A DNA stretch of 64,000 nt, taken from Octopus sinensis. Lineage: Eukaryota. The translations under genes and the position numbers were made by a program. Positions 1-14,443 of the stretch are shown piece by piece. Under the pieces are notes generated by a model. It had not been told where the DNA came from, made no database searches, and was given only the letters and a program-made list of their open reading frames with translations. The DNA lies in assembly GCF_006345805.1 (NCBI RefSeq), contig NC_042999.1:31062001-31126000 (forward strand), written 5' to 3'. Positions within the stretch are counted from its first letter, which is position 1. Each line of letters starts with the position of its first letter.

Positions 1-816
1 TACATATATATATATGTATATAAATATATATATGCGTATATATATATGCTTGTTTGTGTGTGTTTACTTGAATATGTATGTAGGTGTACACACATACATA
101 CATGCACATGAGATATGTAGTACATAATGATAGAAGATGCAAAAACACAGAATATATTGTCTTATCATTCACCTATAAATGTTACAAAGACAGCTCATGT
201 GTGTGTGTATGTGTTTGAGTGTGCATGAATGTGTGTACATATATATTTATATATATATGTGTGTGTAATGAATGAATTTTAATATATATTCCCATATGTA
301 TCTAAAACTTGGGCACATGTGTGGGTTTCACTTCTCGTACATATGAAGCAAATGTATATTCATGTATTGATAATAATACAAGCAGAAGTTTTCCCATTAG
401 TATATGTAAATATGTAGGAGGAATGTAAAAATACACTCTCATATATATATATGTGTATATATATATATGTGTGTGAATGTATGTGTATATATATATATGT
501 GTGTGTGAATGTATGTGTATCTATGTGTTCAGTGTTATCTGTCAGGAAGTAGATTATTCAAAATCATAGTCAAGGTTATTAATATATTTTGAGCGAGTCA
601 CTTTCTTGCTACTTTTAATTTTGCCTGTAGGTTCACAGGATCTTGAAACAAGTGATAAGTTATGATCCTGTAGAGCTGCAGCTGAAATTCAATGTAGCAG
701 GATACTAACTTAAAAAAATGATATATGTGTGTGTGTGTTTATATACACAAATGTAGAATTGAACACTCATTTTCATCATTCGACAGTTATATATATATAT
801 TATATATATATTATAG

Positions 817-857
<41 letters not shown>

Positions 858-1356
858 TGTGTGTAAAATACTTTCTCCATGCATTAAATCCATGTGTATA
901 GATGCTGAATAAATGAATACACAAACTCATATATGTGTGTATATGTTTCTGTGGATGCACATGCTAAAATGTATTTTCAGCTTTATTTTAACATCATAAA
1001 GTTTATTTCAATTTATTAATGGATTCTTATGTATGCCTGCTATTAACATTATTAAAATAATAATAACAATTTTCTTAATAACAATAATAGTCACTATATG
1101 TCTTGTATATTTCTTGAAATCTACTGAGATATACGCTGTTTCTCACTCTCACATACACATGCATGCATACACCCGAGAACACACGAACACACATGTAATT
1201 TTATATATACCTATATATGCATAGATATTTTATGCATATATATATATATATATATATATAACTACACACATACATGCTTCCATATGCATTTGCATTTACA
1301 TAGATATATATATATATACATGCAGTTCTATGTATATATGTATGTGTATATATGTG

Positions 1357-1400
<44 letters not shown>

Positions 1401-2016
1401 CGTATATACATACATATTTATATATACATATATATATATATATATATAATTATGTCAGCTATATCTGGAAACAAATATATATTTTTCATATTAAACTTGA
1501 ATTCAACCAATAAAACAAAGATAAATGTAAATATTCAACAAAGTATGTGAAGCAAGCATTTACAAAAACAAAGAAAGAAAATAAATAATAAAAAAAATAA
1601 AATAAAGAGTTAAAACACAATTTATATAACATTTTCATGTTTTTGGTAGTTTTCAATTATTTTTTTTTGTTTGTTTTTGAAAGATATCCTTGTATTGGGA
1701 AAAGGGTGGGAGTATCAGAATATATCTGGAGTATTTGTCTTCCAGCCTCATATGTTGTTTTTTGTTTCTTTATATATATTTATTTTGTATATATATTATA
1801 TATATATATATGTTTTCCATTTAAAAGATGGATTTTTTTAAAAATTTATATTATTTATATTTTTCGGTTTGTTGTTATTTTTTCTTCATTTTCAACTATT
1901 ATTTTATTTTCTTTTGTTTACGGTTATTTCTGTATGTTTTTATTTAATTATTCATTTAATTATAACATTTAATGTTGATGACCTGTAACTGATTTAAGAA
2001 GAATTGGAGGGGTTGC

Positions 2017-2141
<125 letters not shown>

Positions 2142-2739
2142 GTATATATATAGATATATATATGTATATATATATATATATATAATATATATATATATAT
2201 AATGTATATATATATATTATATATGTATATACATGTATATATATATTAATATATATGTATATATGTATATACATGTATATATATATTATATATATGTATA
2301 TATATATATAATTTTTTGCATTTTGGTGAAATATTATTCTTAATTTTTCACATTTGTTTTTTGGCTTCATAACATCATGCTCTCTATGAGAGAGCATTTT
2401 CAGGCCTAAAATGTTTGTGTAATTTTTTCTTTTTTTCTTTTAATGTATCGTAAATTTTAATATTATAATTATGATTTTATAATTAATAATATCATCTTCA
2501 TCATCTTCATCATCATTATAATCACCATCACCACCACTAATATTGTTATCATTAATAATATTATCATTAGCATTATTATTATTATCTTTTTTGTTTTAAA
2601 AATTAATATAGTTATAATTTTTATTTAACATTAATAATAATTATATAGTATTATAATTATTATCATTATCTTTGAAATATTTTTTTCTTTTGTTCGATTT
2701 TATTTTGTTGTTTAAGTTGAAGTTATTTCTTCTGCAACA

Positions 2740-3018
2740 TCATTGCCTTAGAAAGAACACTATTGTAAAAAAAGTAGTTAGCAATAAAGAGATGTGACAA
2801 TTTGTTCGGTATGCCTCATTCTGTGTAATTTGTAATTTCGTTTGTAAATTTTCATTTTCGTCCTGACTACCTCTTGGGGGTTTCCGAGTCCGTGATGGAT
2901 TTAGAATACTTGGATGAGCAGTGATGATTGAATGCACGTTGTGGTGCATTTGATTTTGTGTGTCGTCATTGCATCCTAACCACCAAGTACTGACTTTACG
3001 TGGGTAGCCTTCATCAAC
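2740..3018 (-). CDS. MMP: MMP terminal coding exon: end of hemopexin domain, stalk, hydrophobic tail
   Basis: Acceptor gtatttcag; [16 protein letters not shown]...[26 protein letters not shown] then TGA at 2740-2742. Confidence 0.93.
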   Translation of the reverse strand, partial: VDEGYPRKVSTWWLGCNDDTQNQMHHNVHSIITAHPSILNPSRTRKPPRGSQDENENLQTKLQITQNEAYRTNCHISLLLTTFFTIVFFLRQ

Positions 3019-6000
3019 CTGAAATACCAAGAATAAAAAGGAGAAAATAATTTTTTTTTAGTTTATTTCAGATTGTATGTTATGTACTTCATAGAGTCAT
3101 AGTTTGGCACAGTGGTTCTCAACTATTTTTTGCTTATGGATCTCTTTGATTCATATTTTAATTTAGCCATGCAGTGTACAGAAAGTATTAATGTATTTTT
3201 ATAATTAAATGTTATTAGGAATTGTATAAAGAAATTAAAATATTTTGTATATTGTAGATGTATAAACAGTTTATTGCACAAAGTTCAGCAACATAACCTT
3301 ATAATGACCCCCAAGGGCCGTATAAACTCCAGCCGTCCAAGAATTTGGACCTGGAGATCTCCATTTCCAGCGACATCGAGGGCCACCTCCCAGTGGTGTC
3401 GGGCGTCAACGAAGAGCCCTCGACTAGAACAAGACGACCAAAGATTTCTTTTCCAAGGTCTGGTGTCATCTCCCCTAAACCATAGACCATCACCTAATCA
3501 CCATTACCCGTCTTGTTGCTTAACAACAACAACAACAACAAAATATGAACCCCAGGTAAGAACCACTGATTCAGCAGAATGGTTCTCAAACCCTCCCCAC
3601 TTCAAGTAATGCTAACAAATTATTTTGATCTCCTCTTGGTTATTGTTATTAATTTAGGTTCAAAACAATCAATGCATTTCTTTTTTTTTGTCTTTTGGTG
3701 TGGCAAGTTATTTGCTTAATTTAATTCAAGCACTTGATTTGTTTTTTATTTAATCAACTCCAGAGTGATGAGTAGCAATGTTCCCCCAGGTGAAAGTAAA
3801 AATCCCAGAAGAAATATTACATGAGATCTATTACAAGACATGCCATTCTCTTCCATTGTTTGTCAATTTATCTTTTATCCTTTACTTGTCTCAGCCATTG
3901 CACTGTGGCTATGCTATGGCACTGCATTCAAATGTTTAGTAAAATATATCAACATTTAAGTGTTTAGTCAAACATATCAACCTCAGTAATTGTACTTTCA
4001 AGGATTTTCTTTGCCAAACTGCTAAGTTATGGGTACATAATCAAACTGACACTAGATGTCAAGTGATGGTGTGAGACAAACACACATATACAAATGAGAT
4101 GAGCTTCTTTCAGTTTCTGTCAGTCAAATCTCCTCACAAGGCTTTGGGTAGCCTAGGGTTATAGTAGGAGACACTTGTCGAAAGTGCCATGCAGTGAAAC
4201 CGAACCCAAAACAATGGGATTGGAAAGGAAGCTTCTTTCAACACAGCCAAACTTGCACCTAATTATTATCATTTTAAGCACAAGGCCAGGAATTTGGAGG
4301 TTAGGGGCTAGTCAATGACATTGATTGTATTAATTGACTGGTTCAGTTTTTCTTGACTGCTGAGAGATTAAAACCAAAGTTGACCTCAGCTAGATTTAAA
4401 CACTGAATATGAAATGTCCAAACAACTACAAGATATTTTGTCTGATGATCAAATGATTTTCCAATCAATTTCTTTTATCTCTTATTCTCTTTCTTAACTG
4501 TGATATTAAATAAGTATTTCTAATGTACACACAAATCCTGGTAATTTTGAGGAGCTTGGGATGAGTTGATCATGTTATATATACACAGAAAATGTGTCTA
4601 TATGCTTATATACACGAATGTATGCCTCTATGCATATATATTTGTGTGCATATGCATACATATCTCATATGTGTGAGACAATATATATATATATATGGGG
4701 TTTGTCGTTGCCGGATGATTTTCTGGGGGAGGTAAAATTTGAAAGAATATCACCAGATAATTATCTTTATTATTCTTTAATAAATAAACCATTATTGTTC
4801 CAGAGGGTTAGAGTTTTGTCCCCACGATCGTGACATTATGGTTTCAATTCCCAGACTGAGTGGTATGTTGTGTTTTTGAGCAAAACACTTCATCGCCCGT
4901 TTCTCTGCACTCACTTTGAAACCTGATGCGTGGTACACTGTACACTTATTCAGGCAATGTCGATTTGATGAAAAGAGTGAGTTAATGTACGGCATAAACA
5001 TTTGATTAAGTTGTTCGGCGAAAAGATAAACATTCACACGTCATTACTGCGAGGAGAGACCCTCACTATTCTTCAGTGAATAAATATGAATGCCATCAAA
5101 ACATTTTTTACATATTCAACTGCATGTATATTTCATACCAGCCAGTGACCATTAATTTTATTAATGACATATAATAATTATTATAATACATTCTTAAAAT
5201 AAGCATTACATCAAATCTACTAATTAGTTACAATTACAACAGTATTCTTTTTATTATTTTTTATACATATATCACAAATATAAGAAATCTATACTTACTC
5301 TAAAGTTTTTGTCATTGAATCTATAGTAGTCGTCATCTTTGAAGAAGTAGGTTTTCCCATTTTGCCATTTGAACACCGCGGTAACACGGGAGGGAAGGTT
5401 AACCCAGACGTTCAGCTGCTTTGGATAACCAAAATCTACTCCATATTTAGCCCATCTCCAATAAAGCTGACCTGTTTATTTGACAAATAGAAACATAAAT
5501 CAAATTTTAAAATATTGAGTTAAAGTTTCTTTTATTAGCATTTATTTATTGATGGCAGAGTGATTTTTGTTTCTGTTCCTGTCACAGATTTTGAAATTTT
5601 TAAAATTAAGGGAAAAGTTTCAAAGTTGGTGTATAGTTGTACATTTTCATATTGAATCGGATCTTGTTATTCGCTTGTTCCAGAAAAAATGTAGAAAAGC
5701 GCTACAGAGGTTTAAAGTCTGATCATTTTTCCCCAATCAGAAAAATGATTTGGAAGCTGGCATTTTGTGCGTGATTGCTGTCTATGACAACATTACGACG
5801 ACAAACTTGTGAGAAGTCTTGAAATATTAATAATTCTTAATGCATAAAGTCATGTAAAATGTTTGAACAGACATGTAAACAATATAAAAGGGGAAAATCC
5901 TCAATGATTTCTTTTCTTTTTGGCGAAAAATTACAAAAATACAAACTCTACGTTAAATTACAAAAATTAAAAAAGAAAAATACAAACTGTAGTTCAGTCC

Positions 6001-8326
6001 ACGTAAATAATTTCTAGTGAAAATTCAAAGAGAAAATATGTCTGGTCCCACAATACACTCCTCCGAAAACACTGCTTAGGTAGTAAGCACACTTTCTTCG
6101 TCGTATTTACATAATTTACAATAATCTTACCATCTGAACTGCTTTTCAGAGCACATGTTCAACGAGTAAAGCTGCTGTAATCAACAGCTGTACAGTAGCT
6201 CATCTCCAGTTCTTGAACACAAAACCGGACCCATGAATAAAGGAAAAACAACAGTACAGTCTTAAGAGGAAGTGTGCCACCTTAAAACCATGTATCTTTT
6301 CTGACAGACACACACTCGCTGCATCCATTTCGGGAACACCACCAGTAGATTTTACCACAAAGCATCTTCTTTTTCATATAGTGTATTTTTGTATATAATT
6401 TTCTTTCAGGTTTATATAACATCTTGCAGGTAAGAATTGCATCATCCTCCGCTTTCAATTTCTCCAACATATTCCAAAGGTTAAACAAGTTGACTGCGGT
6501 TATACTATTATTTTGCGTGAAAAAGTCCGGGAAAACAGTTAAAAATTATGAAAATTAGATAGTGACAGGACAGCAACCTAAAATATCCAGTCGTTCTAAA
6601 AGAAACCCACATTGGTGAAAATGACAAAAATATGGAAGTGCAAACGTTTAGAAAAAAGCTATTTGTCAAAGAAAATAGACAGGTAAGCACAATACAAACA
6701 CGTCGTTGGAATTTTAGGCAGACTATTATTTGGCTTGTTACTATGGAAACAGGCACCAATATGTCTGTGGTTTTTTCAATTGGCTAAACTTACCCAAAAT
6801 TCGGAAACTTTAAAATCTATTAACTCTTTAATCATTAATATATTGCAAAAACGAATTTCCTTTCCATAATTAGCATACAAAACTACATCAGTACACCAAC
6901 TTTGAAAACAATAGGAAGAAAATAACGAGTTGAAAACTGTGACAGTCTGTGCAAAAGATATCAGTTCAGTGTCTCTTCCAAAGAGATATTAATTCCAAAA
7001 TAATGAAATATAAGGGAAAATGTAAACTGTCATTCTGTCTTTGCTTCTAATTTTACCATTTTATTTCAAATTTACTTTGAAAATATGCAATATTTAAAAG
7101 CACTTGTGGTCTCTAGCAATTTCAACTTGAAATACAAGCAAGTGTTTAAATAAGTATTAAGAGACATCATAGTTTTACTTTGGATTATTAGTTGAATGTT
7201 AAAGGTTTATTGTATTACCCATGCTACTTTTAACTTTGCTAGATGTTATTTATTAATAAATCATGTTAGACTGAAACAAACAGAAGCATTTCAGAAACAT
7301 CGTCATATCTTCATTAAATAGCCATCTTCTTGAACATGGACCTCTATCGCATACACACACACGCGCGCAAAGATAGAAATAGATATGAGAGAGGGAGAGA
7401 AAGAGAGAGGGGGAAAGGGAGGGGAGAGAGATAAAGAAAAGCATAACAACAGTTTGGGGAACATTTCTGTTTGGATACACCTGTGGAAATTTTAAGGTTT
7501 AAGTTAAAGTTTTTTTAGAATTTGAAGTAATGATATCATTTTCTACGCTGAATCCAGAAAAAGATTTTTTAGAAAGTTAGAGATAGATTTTATCCAGTTA
7601 CAAAACAAGATTTGAAAGCTGTCATTTTGTGCATGACGGCAGTATTGTCAACTGTAAGCAAATGAAATATTGACGGAATTCAGCTTTTTGCACGCCACTT
7701 AATTCCTTAGAATTTTGGTATTTTTTGGAATTATCAGAAAATTTTCGCAAATTTGTATTCTACACACGGGAATTCATACGATTATGCACCCACCCCACAA
7801 AATGGATGCGTGATCCAAGGCCTATTTAGTTATTAATTTCAGCAGATCGCACGAACACTTCATATCAGGTGTTTTAAGCATTTAATTAGCGAAAAAAAAC
7901 CCAAAAAACACGTAGGTAAGCAGCTCGGTATCAGCTTGGTTTGTTACTATAAAAACAGATACATATATGTTTGTGGCTTTTGATTGGCTAAAATTATCCT
8001 AAATTTGTAAACTTTAAACGATATTAACTCTATATTTATTGATTTATGGCAAGAATGAATTTTATGTCAAAGATTACCATTCAACATGGTATTCCAATAC
8101 ACCAAATATGAAATAAATTAGAACAAATATCGAAGACACTGAAAAGTGGCAGCTAAACAGAAAAGATCCCAGTTTGGTACTTCACCCATTATTTTGGTTC
8201 TTGTAAAACTGTACGGAAATATGCGTTTTAATTATGGGAATTACACTCAGGGCTAAAGTAATATGCAGCGGGACTGAAACCGAAACTACATCATTGGAAG
8301 TAAGCTTCTGACACAGCCATGCCTGC

Positions 8327-8365
<39 letters not shown>

Positions 8366-8408
8366 GTCCTTCTCTCTCCATATATATATATATTATATAT
8401 ATATATAA

Positions 8409-8507
<99 letters not shown>

Positions 8508-11500
8508 TGACAGGCAGCCAGAGAGATAGTCATTAATATATAAAGTAAATCTGGATTTCTTCAGACGTTTGGAGGTGGGGGTTACACAAAGCACTTTAGC
8601 CGAATAATAAGAAAGTGAAAGTAAACAAACCAGAAGTGACGACAATGAAATCAAATAATTTCATGCAAACAATAGCCAATATAAAGAACATACATATATT
8701 TTGAACAACAGGAAAACTCTAGTTACTGTTATATACCAATTTAAAACAATTACGTTTACGAGGAAACGTAACTGATAGTAGGCACACAATGGGATTTGCG
8801 AATATTTTTAACGATCTCTAAATCTTTCGTCGCATATTCCTCTGAAGATATGATCTAAATATAGCAAGTCACTGAGTTGCTTTGTCAGTGCTCTTTGTTG
8901 CTGAGTACAGCAATGTTGGAGCGGTCTACCCCAGCTGCCATCTCTGTAATATTTCAGACATCAGGATAAATAAAGGTGTATGTGAGCTCATCATGGTGAG
9001 GGATTTCACTTTTTCTCTTTATTAAATTATGAGATGTCACTGTCACCACTTCCGCTCAGTTTACTTCGATTTTCAAAATTATAAATTGAATGGTAACTGT
9101 TTAAGTAATGCTTGTGATTACTACGATTAATTAAACTGACAAAATTAACATTCTATAGTATATTTTGTAAGCAATAAATCATGCGGTGAAATATCTTCGT
9201 TCCTAAATGGTCTTTGTGTAGACAACAGGTAAACAGCCACAAAAGGCGTGGGAATTGGAATAAGTGTCATGTCTCTTTCAGTGCATTCAATATAATGTTT
9301 TTGCATTTAAAATTTATCGACTGTCAAATATATATATCTTTATTAGAAAGTTAAAATTTATGACCGGTCATAAAGTGACTATTGGTCGCGTACCTACAAA
9401 GCGCTTCGCAGTATAGGCGACTCGTCAAACTCAATGGCTACTAATATAACTCCAGAGTATCCGAGGGGTAGTAACTTTCGTACTTATGTAGAGGCGCACA
9501 GCTACCAGTACAGCTACGGAATACAATCCACTTGGCGGCCTTTTGTAAAATACTAAGCGAGCAGGGGTGTGTAATGAATTGTCAGTAGTTCATATATCCA
9601 AAAAACAAGCACACTCTAAAGCATTAGGTAATATATTTTAGGAAGTTATATATAGGATGTTATGGTCGGTCAGAGTATGACCACTGGTTTTGCACCTATA
9701 AAGTGTTAAGCAGTATTGGTGCGAAAACGATGATCACTTTGACCGGCCATAAATTTTAACTTGTTAAAATATATTACTGTTCTAATGTGAGCTTATTTTT
9801 CGGATATATAAGAACTAGTCGATATAACACATACATACACACACACACACACACATATATACTTATTATTGGGCTTTTAAGTTACTGCTCATCGAATTTT
9901 GCTATGCCATGGTAGAATGAGTTGCCCGCGATACTAAATGGGACAATGGTGTTAAACAAGAAGCAACATGTATACGAAGCGAACTTCTTAACTATGCAGT
10001 CAGTGTGTTAAGATAAAGAGACAAGGTGGGGGAGGGGAGAGATACAGTTTTATGTAGACGACACCTTTGTAATTAGTAGGTCGATAACGGGAATTTTCGT
10101 CGAATAGGTATTGTGAACAGTGCATAAATCTCTCGATTGTATAAAACGTTGATATTGCAGTTATATATTTCTGGTTGTTTTTCTATTTAACACCCTTATT
10201 CTTAAATATGATTAACTTATTCAGTCACCGTAGTTCGGAAATAATATACCTTTAATAAAATAAGTCTTTCCGTTTCCACCCCATACAAAAGCTGCGTCTA
10301 TATTATCCGGCACTCCCTTGAAGCCATCGCGTATTTTACGTGGATAACCACTGACTGCTTTCATGTGGTCAAATTTCCAATATTCATCACCCTATTGAAA
10401 AAAAAAAGGAAAATAACATTATATATATATATATAAAGCAAGTTATGATTTACATATGAAATGATCAAAGAGTATATATATCGTTAGATCTCTGCAGTGT
10501 TTTAGTTGAAATGGATTGAGAGAGATGGACCTAGGCGCTGGAGTTGTGTGCAAATAATATTTTAAAATAATGTTTGATATACGTGTGTTATTGTTATCAG
10601 CAGTGAAGCGACGATAATGAACTGTTTGATACCGCGAATTACCTTATCTATTTATTAGTTTGTTTGCTGTATGAATAATCTCATATTTACTGATTATCAG
10701 CAGATTTTATGTTTCTATATAGGTGAATGTTTTCATAATAAATATTCACGTATGAGAGAAAGGAAGAGTATGCGTTTGTTTTGTTATTTAACCCCAGGTC
10801 AGCATTGATGCTGCAGTTCGATGATAAATGACATTCCCTTCATGTATCTGTTTTTCAAGATGTTGAGGTGATTTCAGAAAGATTTGGTAGTCACTTTTAG
10901 GAGGGTGAGCGACCACATTTATGGTTAAAATATGTTCCAGTTTTCAGCTCTAAGCATACTTATGGTAAAAATGTTTACCAGTATAACCATAACTAGCCAT
11001 TCCCCGGAGTTGTATATCTAAGACCACGTTCTTCTTTGATCAAAGCAATATTGTGTTTCTGAAAGAGAGTTGCTGTTGAAGACAACACATACACTCCTTT
11101 TCAGCTAATGTGTGCACTTGTAGGAAATGCCTGCACAATATTCTATGAGGTGCATATTGATCAATGAGAAACTAAAGTATAATTCTTAATATATTCTGGC
11201 AGATTCGAACATGAATACCTGATTGCTCTTTTTTTCGTTATCGGAGAATAACCCTTCACTTTCAACAATGTGCATTTACAATACATACGATTACTCGAAA
11301 TAAAACTTCGAGATACCGTGGTGTTTCAACCTTGTTATGTGTCTTTTCAGTCAAAGCTATCACTCTGAATTTCTTCGATGAACTGCCAGAACTATTTTGC
11401 AGCCAGCCCATGAATTACTGAGGTTGATAGACATCAGCATTCACCAGAAACTAATTTGTTTACTAATTCCTACAAACAAAAACTCTTGCTTTGTTTAGAT

Positions 11501-14346
11501 TCAATGAACTTGCGGGATAGCTTTGACTGAAGAGACACATAAGATCGAAACATCACCTATCTTAAAATCCCCTTACACTGGTAAATCGTGTGTTTGTAAA
11601 TACAACATGCAAGTGAGAAAGCATGTGTGAATAGATATTCACGTTTGGATTTACCAGACCGTATTAAGAATACCAAGATGCCTAAAAAAGATTTACAGTA
11701 GGTGGATTGTATGAACGTTCAGTAGAGCCTATAAGAGAGTGATTCAGTCTATATACTGATACGAGATACAGAGCGCCAGAGTAGTAACTTGACTACCAGC
11801 TGCACTTCTAATTAAAAACAAATTTAACAGTCCATTTCAAGTTTGAAAGACGTCGGCTCTCCGGGACAAGAAACTATTCAGTTCCACTTTGTCAAATTTT
11901 GTTGGTGGCACTGACTTTCAATAACACTTATTTATAAAGTTGTTCAAAGTTGTGCAAAGCCGAGCCTGAAGGAATATATTGTATATACGACATATCGGCC
12001 AACTTCACTTTTACAATGAGTGGAGTTGTCAAAATAGTCTATGAAAAGTAGCTTCTATTCTAGTCATAAGCACTCTATGATGTTCAGTCACATATATTTT
12101 AGCTATGCTCTATTTATATCTACCGTATTTTCGATGTTCCATGCTTATGTTCAGCTCTCTCACATAAAGTATAGTAGTGCAGACATTTTGCATCTTTAGG
12201 TAACAATCAGAATCGGCATTTGTTATCTTATGTACTCCACAAAGAGGGAGGAATTTTTATTTACATTTTGGAGACCATATCGAATTAGTTCTAATTTAAT
12301 ATTGAGCACATTAAAAAAATTGTTAATTAAATATATGAAAAATTATAATTGCATTTGTAGTGAAAATGTAATTACAAATATCAAAGTAAGAAATAAAAAT
12401 ATAAACTGATATTTAGTGAGATTTTAAAATAGTCTGTAATCAACAACATGGTTTGAGATTTCTTCCAGAAAGGGGTAGGTTTCTCATGAATGCCTTAGAA
12501 CTGTGGTTCACAAAAAGGTGTTCTATAGCACACCAAAGTGCTAAAAAGGGGCATTTTAGGGTTTCGTAAAGTTTTATAGTCATAATTAAAACTTTTAGCC
12601 TTTAAACAGTCCATATTGTACCTAGATATTCCACCTGTTTTTTTTTGTTCAAACTGGCAAGGACCGGTCTCTCACACGTATCCTACACTGTCATTCAAAA
12701 ATTAAACAATCCCACCATCGAAACAATATGAATATATAAGCATTACATTTCACTGGCTTATCTGAATACTAAAGAGTTTAATTGTTGTAAAATCAATATT
12801 AACTCAAGCGTTAGTACAAATTGTCTTAATGTTGTAACTTGTAATCACATTAAATACAAGCCTAATTAACAAAACTAGGTAAGGAGAACATTTTCTAAAT
12901 CTTTCTTCTATATTTTCAACTTTACAACAGAATTTTTAAATGTGAGAATAATTACTTTTTTTTCCTATTTGACCCCCAGAGGGCCACAACATCGAGGAGA
13001 TCGAAAGCCAATGTTTTAAACAAAGATATACATTTCTGAAACACAATATCAAATGATGAGGAAGTATGTAGGAGTGCCGTTAGACGACGCTTACCTTAAA
13101 TATAAATGTGAAGCTATTATCCCAGGTAAAGGCTGCGTCAATAGGACCAGTGACACCGAGCCAGTCCCATTCGATTTTTCTTGGATATCCTACATCAATT
13201 CCTGTTCCTGACAAACGATAATATTTATCTCCTGAAATATATTAAAAATCACTGAATGTACTTAGTGTCCATCGTTTGCTTTACATTAGTAAGAGAGCTA
13301 AGATTGTCACGTAACGAATTAAATCTAACACGTTAGCTCAATAATTCTGGCTACTGGCTTAATAACTTATCACATTGATGATGACCTCACCGAGGTCGAC
13401 GACGGAGACAACAAAGCTAATATCGATAGTAACGATAATGGTGATGATAAATGATGGTGGTGGTACAGGTTGTTGTTGTTGTTGTTGCTGTTACTGCAGC
13501 TGTCGTTGTTGTTATATTGATAACTATGATAATGGTAATCACGATGATAACGGTGGTGATGATGATGTGAATGATCGCGATTATGATGAAGACGTTAAGG
13601 AGAAAACTTATGATAATTATCAGTCTCATGTTTGTGTACATAGCAATAAACTTGAAAGTGGTGATGACAATGTTACTGTTGATGAATACGATGATTATAG
13701 TGATGATAATGATAAGCGAGCAAGTGAAGGGGAAATAGGTGGTGGTTATACCGAGTCATATTGGATAATGGAATTCTAGATATAAAATTCTTCAGAAAGT
13801 ATGGAATAATCATGGTAGGAACTCCATTCATCTGTGATATGTATCATCACACACACACACACACACACACACGATATACTCCATATCACCCAGGAAGGAA
13901 TATAGTGCCTGTTTCCCTGTTTCTTTGGCACATATATATATATATATTCTTCACTGACGGGACGCCGGTTCATTACAGGATTGCTTTTCTTTTTGCCAGT
14001 GCTCTGAAGCAACGTGAAAGGAAGTGTTTTGCTTGCGGTCATGAGTCCAACACAAATCTTACGGTCATGAATCCAACACACTGGGCATTAAGCCAGAGTA
14101 CGGGGTATTCCGTCATCCTAGAAACAGCTGTAAGACTTTGAATCTTTTCCAATAATAATAATGTATATGACTTGAGATGTTTGCCTTGCCTTACCGTTTG
14201 TTTCCTCCTTAACAATCATGCATCCGCTATATCGGAAAGCTGCAACCTTGGAGCACCAGTAATCCGTTACAGCATTTACCTAGCGTACCTAACCGTTTAG
14301 ATCACTTGTGAACTAATCCCTTATCTTTTGTATACACACACACACA

Positions 14347-14443
<97 letters not shown>

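Noticed and set aside
3274-3609. 111-aa plus-strand ORF
   Set aside because: Spans a MITE and its nested insert; no recognisable domain
6280-6350. Minus-strand frame [10 protein letters not shown]...FK resembling a hemopexin repeat
   Set aside because: All four hemopexin blades are accounted for by other exons; a different frame here fits the Merlin-like transposase
6410-6429. Plus-strand 20-nt micro-exon-like signal (ttttctttcag...CAG|gtaaga)
   Set aside because: Lies inside a transposon relic, antisense to MMP, with no partner exons
11525-11560. CTGAAGA...GAAAC hammerhead-like string; similar partial strings at about 14120, 34865, 46550, 52590, 55400 and 62890
   Set aside because: Each lacks a core half, stem II or the GUH triplet; at most dead relics
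13375-13779. 134-aa acidic/Cys-rich ORF
   Set aside because: Degenerate (GAT)n/(GTT)n low complexity within an MMP intron, on the opposite strand
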